DNA of 64,000 nt from Nitrososphaerota archaeon (GTDB lineage: Archaea; Thermoproteota; Nitrososphaeria; Nitrososphaerales; Nitrosopumilaceae). The notes under the pieces are model-generated. The model saw nothing but the letters and a program-made list of their open reading frames with translations. It was not told the origin of the DNA and did not search any database. Below, one piece after another: positions 8,679-18,414 of the stretch. The stretch covers positions 644,727-708,726 of the forward strand of contig JAGWFT010000001.1 of NCBI GenBank assembly GCA_028867755.1. The letters run 5' to 3'. The position numbers were made by a program, and so were the translations under genes. Position 1 is the stretch's first letter. Each line of letters begins with the position of its first letter.

Positions 8679-9563
8679 GTGGACGTACAAAAGATTCCAG
8701 AATTGCTGTCATTATCGGAATACCCTGTAGGCTTTGGTGGATGTAGAAATGACGGATCGAATCTTGATTGTTGTGAGTACAATATTAGCGTCTTTGATGG
8801 CAAGTCAGGTGAGTCAATTCATGATCTTTCTGGAAATTTAATTAAACTGCATCATTGCTCATTGTCAGAATCCAACGTTTCAGTTCTAAATCAGTTAGAA
8901 AACTTGACCATACTTCATGATGCCCAATGGAATTTACGAATGTTTCTGGCTCAGATAAAAGAAAAAAAAGAAAAGATCTCAAACTCATACACTCAAAGCT
9001 GCCTTGTTGATGCAGGAGTCTTTGCAAATAAAGCCAAGGAGGCGGCAAAAGCCAATGACTCTTTTGCAGCGATATGGGTAAAATGCTCTGCATATTCTCT
9101 TGCAGACGCGTTGCTCTCAATTAACTCAAAACGGCCCAGCCCCACGCACATGTTAGAAATAACTAGAAACCTGAAAAAAAGTGAGATCAATCAAACTTTT
9201 TCTATGGTTCATCAAATACTTGGTATGGAAAGGGCTTCCACGTCGGTTCTTCAGCGAATGGTAAAATCAACTATAGGATTTTCTGACATGGTTGAAAATA
9301 ATGGACACTCAAAGATCATACAAAGAAAATATGACTATCTATCTGAAAACTCATTGTTATCTGATTGCTATTTCTATCTAGGATATGTGAACAGGGGCAA
9401 CATTCTAAAAATAAAAAATAGAATTCATAAAAATCCAGAATATATTCATGTGCTAAAGGTAGCACTTGATATAGAAAGCGATCAATTAGTTATAGACAAA
9501 CAAGCAGGTATGCTATTACAAAGAATAAACGAACTTCTTGTCGATATAAAAGATCAAAAATAG
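8679..9563 (+). CDS. Hypothetical protein, possibly a degenerate nucleotidyltransferase-like fold
   Basis: 294-aa ORF; N-terminal VGFGGCR...DCCEYNISVFD loosely resembles the G[GS]...DxD motif. Confidence 0.7.
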   Translation: MDVQKIPELLSLSEYPVGFGGCRNDGSNLDCCEYNISVFDGKSGESIHDLSGNLIKLHHCSLSESNVSVLNQLENLTILHDAQWNLRMFLAQIKEKKEKISNSYTQSCLVDAGVFANKAKEAAKANDSFAAIWVKCSAYSLADALLSINSKRPSPTHMLEITRNLKKSEINQTFSMVHQILGMERASTSVLQRMVKSTIGFSDMVENNGHSKIIQRKYDYLSENSLLSDCYFYLGYVNRGNILKIKNRIHKNPEYIHVLKVALDIESDQLVIDKQAGMLLQRINELLVDIKDQK

Positions 9564-9622
9564 CACACGGTTTTCTTGAATTTTTTAACAACCTTTAAAA
9601 CCCTGTAGGAGATCTCCCAGAT

Positions 9623-9766
9623 ATGACAGATGCAGCATGCGGATGTGACTCAGCATCAGAAAATAAGGTAGAATGCGATTGCGCAATGCAAGGCGAATGC
9701 TATTGTGACGCTAATTGTTCTTGCAAAGCATCAGTTTGTAAGGAACAAGTAGCATCATTCAGATAG
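9623..9766 (+). CDS. Metallothionein-like Cys-rich peptide (47 aa, 9 Cys)
   Basis: Manual translation MTDAACGCDSASENKVECDCAMQGECYCDANCSCKASVCKEQVASFR; TTTAAAA about 25 nt upstream; T-tract after the stop. Confidence 0.75.
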   Translation: MTDAACGCDSASENKVECDCAMQGECYCDANCSCKASVCKEQVASFR

Positions 9767-9805
9767 GTTTTAGACCCTTTTTTCTTTTATTTTTTAAAGT
9801 ACTAT

Positions 9806-9976
9806 TTACTTTTCGTCTTCATCTTTGATTCCCCATGTTCTAACAAGCTCTTTTTGAAACTTGTCTACCTGTTTTTCATTTAGGGAATCGCCACAATTCT
9901 TATGTGTTGGAACTACTGTCATACCGTCCAACTTGAATTCAACTTCGTACATGTGGACTTTTTCACATTCACACAT
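9806..9976 (-). CDS. Small hypothetical protein (56 aa), possible metal-binding
   Basis: Manual translation MCECEKVHMYEVEFKLDGMTVVPTHKNCGDSLNEKQVDKFQKELVRTWGIKDEDEK. Confidence 0.7.
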   Translation of the reverse strand: MCECEKVHMYEVEFKLDGMTVVPTHKNCGDSLNEKQVDKFQKELVRTWGIKDEDEK

Positions 9977-10053
9977 GTGCGAAGTACATTATGTTCCACT
10001 ATATTTGCTTATTTGAAACCTTTAACTATAAGACGGCGAGGTAGCTGAAACAG

Positions 10054-10728
10054 ATGGCCAACATTAAGCTGGTGGCACTTTTTGCTATTATTATAGTATC
10101 AGCTGGTGCAGGATTGGCTTGGCCATTTTTTACAAATCTTCATTTTACCATACTACCAATTACAGCAAGCCAATGGCACATGGGAAAGGGCTCCCAATAT
10201 GCACCTGAAATGGTGTACCTAGTATCCTATAACAATACAAACTTTACCGCCGACATGAAATTTTTACCTATACAAGGCCAGAATCAAAGCCTGTCTGTGC
10301 AGATAAAACCTAGTGGAAGTGACAAAATAATAACTCAGACAGTACAGATCGGCCTTGTTTATGATTATCCTAATGTCTCAGATGAAGCAAAACCATATTT
10401 TGACATTTTAGATCAGTCGGTATTTTCTATGCGTGATTATGCAACTACTGATCAGTATCTTGTAAAAGGTGCTGAATGGGGAGATCTCTACATTGGGGCA
10501 AACCACGAAAAACTTACTGTGACAGATTCTGGAAATATGCCATTTGGATTTGGCTCGGCAAATGCATTTTTGTTATCTTATAGGATAGGTGCAAATGAAA
10601 ACAAGTTCTGGATTGTGGACAATCTTCCTTTGCCAGTAAAATCCCAAGTATATAATTTTAATGGCACTATGATTTACAATTTTGAATTGGTATCACTCAA
10701 GGCACCCTCAACTCCTGGCTTGAGCTGA
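10054..10728 (+). CDS. Membrane-anchored/secreted protein, paralogous to the N-terminal domain of 6942-8405
   Basis: N-terminal hydrophobic helix; W-x2-G-x7-Y, WG and [FL]W[IV]xxNLx[LF]PVK motifs shared with 6942-8405. Confidence 0.8.
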   Translation: MANIKLVALFAIIIVSAGAGLAWPFFTNLHFTILPITASQWHMGKGSQYAPEMVYLVSYNNTNFTADMKFLPIQGQNQSLSVQIKPSGSDKIITQTVQIGLVYDYPNVSDEAKPYFDILDQSVFSMRDYATTDQYLVKGAEWGDLYIGANHEKLTVTDSGNMPFGFGSANAFLLSYRIGANENKFWIVDNLPLPVKSQVYNFNGTMIYNFELVSLKAPSTPGLS

Positions 10729-11186
10729 TAACAGTTAATCAAAAGCCAGTCACAAAACTTTGTTATGTTATCATCGAATTTGCCCCATACATGCAGGGAT
10801 GCAGGCAATATGTCCAACCTTGAATTTTCTAACATTACCCTAACCCCCTCCTTTCCCTCATACATGTATGCATCATGCACGTCAGGCTTGTCCAAAATCT
10901 CAATGGCTTTTGATTTTATCAAATCTCGGGCAATTAGAAAATTCCTGCTATTTCGCTGAAAGACCATTCCAACATTTTCTGTTCCATAAGATTCAAAATC
11001 TTCAATTTTTCCTCTTTGGGGAAAATTCAATGAAAGGTTGATACCGTATTTTTTTCCTATCCTTGACGCTGTTTCATTTATTATAGTAAATGCCATTGCT
11101 GGACTTTTTTTCAAAAGGATTCTGATTTGTGGCATATTTGATACAAGTTCCATTCTAAGTTCAGTAACAATCAAAGAAAAACTCAC
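10674..11186 (-). CDS. Hypothetical protein (probable start ATG 11135)
   Basis: Globular ORF MPQIRILLKKSPAMAF...LHVWGKFD. Confidence 0.75.
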   Translation of the reverse strand: MSFSLIVTELRMELVSNMPQIRILLKKSPAMAFTIINETASRIGKKYGINLSLNFPQRGKIEDFESYGTENVGMVFQRNSRNFLIARDLIKSKAIEILDKPDVHDAYMYEGKEGVRVMLENSRLDILPASLHVWGKFDDNITKFCDWLLINCYQLKPGVEGALSDTNSKL

Positions 11187-11256
11187 AACTATAAATTAGA
11201 AATTTTCTCATATATTTATTGAGTTCACTTAATTACCAGCTTTTTGATATTTACTC

Positions 11257-11898
11257 ATGCTTCCACTTGACAAGGATGGGGTTCCTCATGATGAAGGCTC
11301 AGAAAGAGCGTCAAGCGTTGAAGACTACAAGGTAACATGCATACAGTTCATCGAAGATATTTGTAACGACTATCTTGCATGGGTGGATTACTACAAACTT
11401 CCTCCTGACGAGGACAAAAAAAGAAGAGACATGATACACGCAATAGTGGAGCGCACAAATGAGTGGATTGCCAAAGTTGCAACCACAATCAAGGCAGTCG
11501 ATGTTGTCATGAACGATGGCATTCAAAAGATGGCAGAAAATACTGCAGGCTATCCTTTCCAAATTGGAGTTTTTGTTAACAACATGTCTGGATACACAAT
11601 TGCAAAACCTGGAATGATAGATATCAACATCAAAGCAGTTGGGAGAGATGGCTCAAAAGTAAAACTAGGCTGGCACCAAAAAGAAAAACGATTTCTCATA
11701 AGCTCCACAAACCCTGTTGTAATTGAAGAATCAAATGTTATGAATCAAGAGTTCGAAATGCTGGACATACACCTAAACATGGATGCTAAAAAATGTCATC
11801 CTAGAGATGTCATATCATTTACTGCAATTGTAGCAGAAATAAAAGAGGGTCAAGAATATGATCGACGGGGAATTACCACAATTATTCACATAGGGTGA
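11257..11898 (+). CDS. Hypothetical protein
   Basis: 213-aa ORF, normal composition. Confidence 0.8.
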   Translation: MLPLDKDGVPHDEGSERASSVEDYKVTCIQFIEDICNDYLAWVDYYKLPPDEDKKRRDMIHAIVERTNEWIAKVATTIKAVDVVMNDGIQKMAENTAGYPFQIGVFVNNMSGYTIAKPGMIDINIKAVGRDGSKVKLGWHQKEKRFLISSTNPVVIEESNVMNQEFEMLDIHLNMDAKKCHPRDVISFTAIVAEIKEGQEYDRRGITTIIHIG

Positions 11899-12202
11899 CT
11901 TCTAGTACTATTCTTGAATCCTCTGCTCGCTTGTCAGCATATTTCATATGGGATATTTTCCTTGTAATATCCTCTTCTTTGACCAACGATGCATAGCCTT
12001 GTAGAGTTGTTGTATTATTTACTATTATTTTGACAAAGGGATTTGCAATTGCGTTTTTTAACCAATCACTATTTGAATTTCTTCTTGAAAAATAGAATTT
12101 ACCATTGTAAAATACTGCTCTGAGATCAACAACATGCTTTCTTCCAGTCTTTCTTCCAGTAGTGACTAGAGTGGCGGCAAGTGGACCTTCTGTAAATTCC
12201 AT
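11882..12202 (-). CDS. Deazaflavin (F420)-dependent nitroreductase-like split-barrel protein
   Basis: LVTTGRKTGRKH...SDWLKNAIANPFVKI. Confidence 0.8.
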   Translation of the reverse strand: MEFTEGPLAATLVTTGRKTGRKHVVDLRAVFYNGKFYFSRRNSNSDWLKNAIANPFVKIIVNNTTTLQGYASLVKEEDITRKISHMKYADKRAEDSRIVLEVTLCE

Positions 12203-12290
12203 GGATTCGATTCCTGTTCTAAAGAATTTAACCCATTAGATTGAAAACTCTGATACCTGATTCAATAAACTGACTTGGCGACGCTCTCGT

Positions 12291-12737
12291 ATGGCAACCT
12301 CACTAGAACTTAATAGAAATCAGATAAAGGCAGACGAATTTAAGGGGAAAAAAGTCATCGATAGAGAAGGCATAGAATACGGTAAGGTAAAGCATGTACA
12401 CATAAACTCAGATACATTAGAAGTAGTGGGAATCACAGTGCACGAAGGGATTCACAAAGATTACTTCTTGTCACGAGATTATGTGGATAGGTTTACTGAA
12501 GAATCTGTTCTGCTTTCCTCTGCACCAATAAGAACTGACATAACCGTGGTTGATATTGATGGCAAAAAAGTTGGAAAGGTGAAAAGACTTCATATGAACA
12601 AAGACACCAACGAACTCGAATCAATCGAAGTAACAGAGGGTCTTACAGGCTCGAGAATCTTTCACACCTCTGAGATTTGGGGCGTTGGAGAGAAGATTAT
12701 TCTCAGACTGACAAAAGACGAATACAAAAAACCTTAA
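12291..12737 (+). CDS. Tandem PRC-barrel protein
   Basis: Two VIDREGIEYGKVK / VVDIDGKKVGKVK repeats. Confidence 0.88.
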   Translation: MATSLELNRNQIKADEFKGKKVIDREGIEYGKVKHVHINSDTLEVVGITVHEGIHKDYFLSRDYVDRFTEESVLLSSAPIRTDITVVDIDGKKVGKVKRLHMNKDTNELESIEVTEGLTGSRIFHTSEIWGVGEKIILRLTKDEYKKP

Positions 12738-12891
12738 TTTTCTACAATTTTCTTTTTAATTATTTGTTGTATTCAGTATATCTCATTAGGCAGACTGAAA
12801 AGCCAGTTATGTGCTCACACAAGACATCTAATTTACCATAGTTGACAAAAACTGCAATAATTCCTCACTTAGGAGATCTTCTTGGTATTCT

Positions 12892-15800
12892 ATGACTTCC
12901 TCATCGTTGAGGTCCTCTCTTACACTAGTAGGAATTATAGTACTTGTACTATCAAGTACCCTGTTTGAATATGCATGGGCAGATGGTTCACCGCCTTTTG
13001 TAGTTCAATGGGGCACCTATGGATTACAGACTAGCGGAAAATTTGCATTTCCTCAAGGAATAGCTACTGATTCTGCAGGTAATGTCTATGTTACAGACTT
13101 GGGCAATCGAAGAGTCCAGGAGTTTGATAACAATGGCAGCTTTTTGTCTACATGGGGAATCAAAGGATCTGGTAATGGTGCTTTTGAAGAACCTGCGGGA
13201 ATAGCAGTGGGAGGAGGTTTCATTTACGTTGTTGATAATGATTTGAGTTTTGTTCAAAAATTTGATATGAGCGGACACTTTGTCATGCAGTGGGGAAGCA
13301 AGGGTAGTGACAATGGTCAATTCTTACTTCCTCAAGGGATTGCGGCAGACTCTAAAGGTAATGTTTACGTTGTAGATACAGGAAATAGCAGAGTAGAAAA
13401 ATTTAACAATAATGGAACCTTTCTGCTTTCAATTGGAAGTAGCGGCCTTGGAGAGGGACAGTTTCTTTCTCCTCATGGAGTGGCTGTTGATTCATACAAT
13501 TATGTTTACGTCACAGATACCGGAAATAACCGAGTTGAAAAGTTTGCCCAAGATGGAACCTATCTCCAGTCATATGGTACAACTACAAGTTTAAAATCTC
13601 CAATTGGAATTGCGGTAGATAAGCCTGGCAATATCTATGTAGCAGACGACGGAAATAACAGAGTTGTTGAATTTGATAGTAACGGAAATGTAATAACTTG
13701 GGGTAATTCTGGCACAGGACCAGACTTTTTTATGGAGCCAAGAGATGTTGCAGTTGATTCAGTAGGAAGTGTCTTTGTTGTAGATAGTGATAATAACAGG
13801 ATACAAAAGTTTGGCTCATCTACACCACCGCCACAACCACAATCTCAAGCACAACCTCAAACACAAGCCACTGGCAACCAAACCAATCAAAACATTCAAG
13901 CACAAAATCAAAATACTGTACAAAATACAACTGTTTCACTAATTACGGATCCAAATGAGAAAACACTACCACAAATTACTGCTCCTCCTGATATGACTGT
14001 TGAAGCAACTGGAGTTTTGACTCCTGTCTCTATTGGTCAAGCTACTGCAACAGATGCGGTCAAAGTTGTCTCTATTACTAACAATGCACCATCCAAATTC
14101 CCATTAGGTGCTACAATGATAACATGGACTGCCATGAATGCAGGAGGAAACATTGTAAAGGCGGTTCAAAAAATAACTATAGTTGATACTACTCCTCCAA
14201 CACTAACGGCTCCACCAAATGTTACCGTTAAGGCAACAAGTTCTAATCATAATACTGTAGATCTAGGACTACCATCTACCTATGATGCGGTAGGGGTAGA
14301 ATCTGTTACAAATGATGCTACTCCATACTTTCCATTGGGACAAACAGTTGTCACTTGGAAAGCAATCGATACATCAGGAAATGTGGCAACCGCTACACAA
14401 ACAGTGACAGTTCAAGACACTACTCCACCAACAATAAAGGCACCTGCCGATATGACTGTAAATGCAACTGGAGTATTAACTCAAGTCAATGTTGGACAAG
14501 CAACTACTACTGATACTGTTGGAATTTCTTCACTTACCAACAATGCTCCTCAACAAGGATTTCAACTTGGTACCACCATAGTTACTTGGACTGCAGTTGA
14601 CGCAGGCGAACTTACTGCAAATGCAACGCAAAAGATAACAGTTGTTAACCACACACCTCCAAAGATAACTCCACCATCAGATATCACATTCGAGGCTACA
14701 TCTGCTACTGAAAACATAATACCAATAGGCAATGCAACAGCTACCGACATCGAGCCAGTTACCATAACTAACAATGCTCCTAGTGTCTTTCCACTAGGAA
14801 AGATAACCATACTTTGGACTGCAAAGGATACATCAGGCAATACTGCTAATGCTACTCAGACTGTTAATGTAGTGGATACAACTGCTCCCAAGATAACACC
14901 ACCAGCTAACATTACATTCGAGGCTACATCGCTTGACAATAACACAGTACCAATAGGCAATGCAACAGCTACCGACATCGAACCAGTTACCATAACTAAC
15001 AACGCATCAAAGACATTCCCACTAGGAAAGACAACAATACTTTGGACTGCAAAGGATACATCAGGCAATACCGCTAATACTACTCAGATAATTGATGTAA
15101 CTCATACCATCCCACCCAAGATAACTCCTCCACCAAACGTCACCTTCGAAGCAACATCTGTCAGTGATAACACAGTACCAATAGGCAATGCAACAGCTAC
15201 CGACATCGAACCAGTCACAATCACTAACAACGCATCAAAGACATTCCCACTTGGCAAGACAACAATATTGTGGATTGCTACTGACAAGGCAGGAAACAAA
15301 GCGAATGTTACTCAAGTAATTAATGTGATAGACACTACTACTCCAAAGCTAACACCACCAGCTAACATTACATTTGAGGCTACATCGCTTGATAATAACA
15401 CAGTACCATTGGGTACTCCTAAGATAACCGATATTGAGCAGGTAACCATGACAAATGACGCTCCAAAATCATTCCCAATAGGAATGACTACTGTAACTTG
15501 GACTGCAAAGGATACATCAGGCAATACTGCTAACGCTACTCAGACTGTTGTTGTCAAAGATACAACTGCACCAAATCTAACTCCTCCACCAAACGTCACC
15601 TTCGAAGCAACATCTGTCAGTGATAACACAGTACCAATAGGCAATGCAACAGCTACCGACATCGAACCAGTCACAATCACTAACAACGCATCAAAGACAT
15701 TCCCACTAGGAAAGACAACAATATTGTGGATTGCAAAGGACACATCAAACAATAAAGTAAATGCCACTCAGACTGTTGATGTGGTAGATACAACTGCTCC

Positions 15801-17067
15801 CAAGATAACTCCACCAGCTAACATTACATTTGAGGCTACATCGCTTGACAATAACACAGTACCAATAGGCAATGCAACAGCTACCGACATCGAACCAGTC
15901 ACAATCACTAACAACGCATCAAAGACATTCCCACTTGGCAAGACAACAATATTGTGGATTGCTACTGACAAGGCAGGAAACAAGTCTAACGCCACCCAAA
16001 CCATTGATGTTGTAAATACCACTCCTCCAAAGCTAACTGTCCCCTCTACAATAACATTCGAGGCCACTTCATTGAATAATAACACAGTACCAATAGGCAA
16101 TGCAACAGCTACCGACATCGAGCCAGTCACAATCACTAACAACGCATCAAAGACATTCCCACTTGGCAAGACAACAATATTGTGGATTGCAAAGGACACA
16201 TCAAACAATAAAGTAAATGCCACTCAGACTGTTGATGTGGTAGATACAACAGCACCAAAAATTACAGCTCCACATCAGGTCATAGTAAATGCCACAAGTT
16301 CTACAAGCAACAGTGTAAACATTGGTAATGCAACAGCTACTGATAATACTAAAGTAGTTTCCATTACTAGCGACGCTCCTGCAGTATTTCCGTTTGGAAA
16401 CACAACAGTAACTTGGACCGCAAAAGATGTGGCAGGAAATATCGCAACTGCCACCCAACTAGTTGAGGTTGTTGATCATACACCACCACAACTAACAGTT
16501 CCATCTGATATTGTAATCAACGCTACTTCCTTTGCAACTTCGGTTTCAACAGGCCAAGCTACAGCGAGTGGTATCATTGATACTTCACCAAAGATAACAA
16601 ACAACTCTACTGGTATATTCCACATAGGAAAGACTACGGTACAATGGACTGCAGTTGACAAGTTTGGTAATGCCAAAACACTTGATCAAACAATTAATGT
16701 CCTAGCATGTGGCAAGCCAGAATCTTTCTATAATGTAATGATGGGAACTAATAGTAGTGATATCTTAACAGGTTCGCCAGTACCTAATTTGATATTAGGA
16801 CTTGGTGGTAATGATACTATTCACGCAGGTCCAGCAGGAGATTGTATAATTGCAGGAGATGGTAACAACATAATATTTGGAGGTAGTGGAAACGACATGA
16901 TCATTGCAGGTAATGGAAACAATATCATACAAGGAAGTACTGGTAACGAATTGGTCTACGTGGGAACTGGAAGAGACATAATCCAAGGTGGTAGTGGTCA
17001 TAACACATGTTATCTAGGTAACCCAAATACAGACACAGTGGTTAATTGCCAAGCCCAAAAACAATAA
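12892..17067 (+). CDS. Large secreted protein: NHL beta-propeller, Gln-rich linker, 12 HYR-like repeats, RTX-like C-terminus
   Basis: Signal peptide; FxxPxGIAxDxxGNVYVxDxGNxRV repeats; about 76-aa DTTxP..FPLGxTxxxWxAxDxxGN repeats; GxGND nonapeptides. Confidence 0.93.
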   Translation: MTSSSLRSSLTLVGIIVLVLSSTLFEYAWADGSPPFVVQWGTYGLQTSGKFAFPQGIATDSAGNVYVTDLGNRRVQEFDNNGSFLSTWGIKGSGNGAFEEPAGIAVGGGFIYVVDNDLSFVQKFDMSGHFVMQWGSKGSDNGQFLLPQGIAADSKGNVYVVDTGNSRVEKFNNNGTFLLSIGSSGLGEGQFLSPHGVAVDSYNYVYVTDTGNNRVEKFAQDGTYLQSYGTTTSLKSPIGIAVDKPGNIYVADDGNNRVVEFDSNGNVITWGNSGTGPDFFMEPRDVAVDSVGSVFVVDSDNNRIQKFGSSTPPPQPQSQAQPQTQATGNQTNQNIQAQNQNTVQNTTVSLITDPNEKTLPQITAPPDMTVEATGVLTPVSIGQATATDAVKVVSITNNAPSKFPLGATMITWTAMNAGGNIVKAVQKITIVDTTPPTLTAPPNVTVKATSSNHNTVDLGLPSTYDAVGVESVTNDATPYFPLGQTVVTWKAIDTSGNVATATQTVTVQDTTPPTIKAPADMTVNATGVLTQVNVGQATTTDTVGISSLTNNAPQQGFQLGTTIVTWTAVDAGELTANATQKITVVNHTPPKITPPSDITFEATSATENIIPIGNATATDIEPVTITNNAPSVFPLGKITILWTAKDTSGNTANATQTVNVVDTTAPKITPPANITFEATSLDNNTVPIGNATATDIEPVTITNNASKTFPLGKTTILWTAKDTSGNTANTTQIIDVTHTIPPKITPPPNVTFEATSVSDNTVPIGNATATDIEPVTITNNASKTFPLGKTTILWIATDKAGNKANVTQVINVIDTTTPKLTPPANITFEATSLDNNTVPLGTPKITDIEQVTMTNDAPKSFPIGMTTVTWTAKDTSGNTANATQTVVVKDTTAPNLTPPPNVTFEATSVSDNTVPIGNATATDIEPVTITNNASKTFPLGKTTILWIAKDTSNNKVNATQTVDVVDTTAPKITPPANITFEATSLDNNTVPIGNATATDIEPVTITNNASKTFPLGKTTILWIATDKAGNKSNATQTIDVVNTTPPKLTVPSTITFEATSLNNNTVPIGNATATDIEPVTITNNASKTFPLGKTTILWIAKDTSNNKVNATQTVDVVDTTAPKITAPHQVIVNATSSTSNSVNIGNATATDNTKVVSITSDAPAVFPFGNTTVTWTAKDVAGNIATATQLVEVVDHTPPQLTVPSDIVINATSFATSVSTGQATASGIIDTSPKITNNSTGIFHIGKTTVQWTAVDKFGNAKTLDQTINVLACGKPESFYNVMMGTNSSDILTGSPVPNLILGLGGNDTIHAGPAGDCIIAGDGNNIIFGGSGNDMIIAGNGNNIIQGSTGNELVYVGTGRDIIQGGSGHNTCYLGNPNTDTVVNCQAQKQ
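13966..16709 (+). repeat. Tandem array of 12 about 228-bp HYR-coding units, units 4-10 partly near-identical in DNA
   Basis: Recurring ccaataggcaatgcaacagctaccgacatcga...aacgcatcaaagacattccca core. Confidence 0.88.
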
Positions 17068-17136
17068 AACTTCTATCATTTTTTATTGAATAATTTTCAT
17101 ATAGATTATAATGACAATCTATCTTTTTGAAGATAG

Positions 17137-18414
17137 ATGCCAAACTCAAAGAGATTGTTTTTGAGGTCAAAAAAAGTAATTCCATCTGGAATCAACAGTC
17201 CAGTTAGATACTATGATCCTTATCCATTCTTTGTCAAAAAAGCCCAAGGAAGTTCACTTTGGGATGTTGATGGAAATCGCTATTTTGATTTTTGTAATGG
17301 ATATGGTGCGTTATTGTTAGGACATAGGAAAAAAGAAATTATTTCCAGCGTTTTATCTCAGATGAGAAAGGGAACTCTTTACTGTGCACCAACAGAACTT
17401 GAGGTAGAACTGTCTGAATTGATATCAAAAAATTTTCCTTCAATGCAAAAAGTTCGGCTAGTAAATACAGGAAGCGAGGCAACTATGACAGCTATAAGGC
17501 TTGCACGAGGCTTTACAAAAAAGAAAAAGATTATCAAATTTGAAGGATGTTATCATGGAGCACATGATTATGTCTTGGTAAAGGCAGGATCTGGAGCGGC
17601 TCATATTGGTATATCAGTCTCTGATGGAAGTCTTGAAGAAGTTTCAAAGAACACGCTAGTTGCTCAATACAATAATTCTGAGAACCTTGCTTCTATTTTG
17701 GAAAAAGAAAAGGACGTTGCTGCTGTAATAGTGGAACCAGTTCTTGCAAATATGGGTCTTGTACCTCCAGAAAAAAATTTCCTAAGTGATATCAAAAAGA
17801 TTACATCAGAAAATGATAGTCTTTTGATATTTGATGAGGTTGTTACGGGATTTCGTGTGTCTACTGGAGGCGCTCAAAAATCATACTCAGTAGTGCCAGA
17901 TATCACTACTCTTGGTAAAGCACTAGGAAATGGTTTTGTTATTGCAGCAGTTGGAGGAAAAAGCAAGATCATGGATATGCTTTCTCCTGAAGGAAATGTC
18001 TATCAAGCAAGTACGTACGCCGGTAATCCAATATCCGTATCTGCTGCACTTGCCTCTGTAAAAACAATGAACAAAAACAAAGCCAACCTCTATCCTAAAC
18101 TAGAAAAAGCTTGCAAGGCTATGGTCTCAGCTATTGGGGATCTTGCGTCTGATATGAATATACCACACCAAATTAATTCTGTAAGCTCAATGTTTCAAAT
18201 CTTTTTTACAGCTAAAAGAGTGGTTGATTATTCAACAGCAAAGGCATCAGATGTTGCCAAATTTAAAAAATTATTCAAATCACTGTTAAACAATGGAGTA
18301 TTTGTAGCTCCATCGCAATTTGAAACTATTTTCCTTTCATACGCTCATACTGATGAAGATATCAAGAAAACAATTATCGCATACGAAAAAGCGTTAAAGA
18401 CGGTGAAAGAATGA
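17137..18414 (+). CDS. hemL: Glutamate-1-semialdehyde 2,1-aminomutase
   Basis: GINSPVR, VNTGSEATMTAIRLARGFT, FEGCYHG, FDEVVTGFR, TLGKALG. Confidence 0.97.
   Translation: MPNSKRLFLRSKKVIPSGINSPVRYYDPYPFFVKKAQGSSLWDVDGNRYFDFCNGYGALLLGHRKKEIISSVLSQMRKGTLYCAPTELEVELSELISKNFPSMQKVRLVNTGSEATMTAIRLARGFTKKKKIIKFEGCYHGAHDYVLVKAGSGAAHIGISVSDGSLEEVSKNTLVAQYNNSENLASILEKEKDVAAVIVEPVLANMGLVPPEKNFLSDIKKITSENDSLLIFDEVVTGFRVSTGGAQKSYSVVPDITTLGKALGNGFVIAAVGGKSKIMDMLSPEGNVYQASTYAGNPISVSAALASVKTMNKNKANLYPKLEKACKAMVSAIGDLASDMNIPHQINSVSSMFQIFFTAKRVVDYSTAKASDVAKFKKLFKSLLNNGVFVAPSQFETIFLSYAHTDEDIKKTIIAYEKALKTVKE

Noticed and set aside
14655-16250. Periodic near-identical DNA blocks as a possible CRISPR array
   Set aside because: The period is about 228 bp, in frame, and encodes protein repeats; no short repeat-spacer pattern and no cas genes
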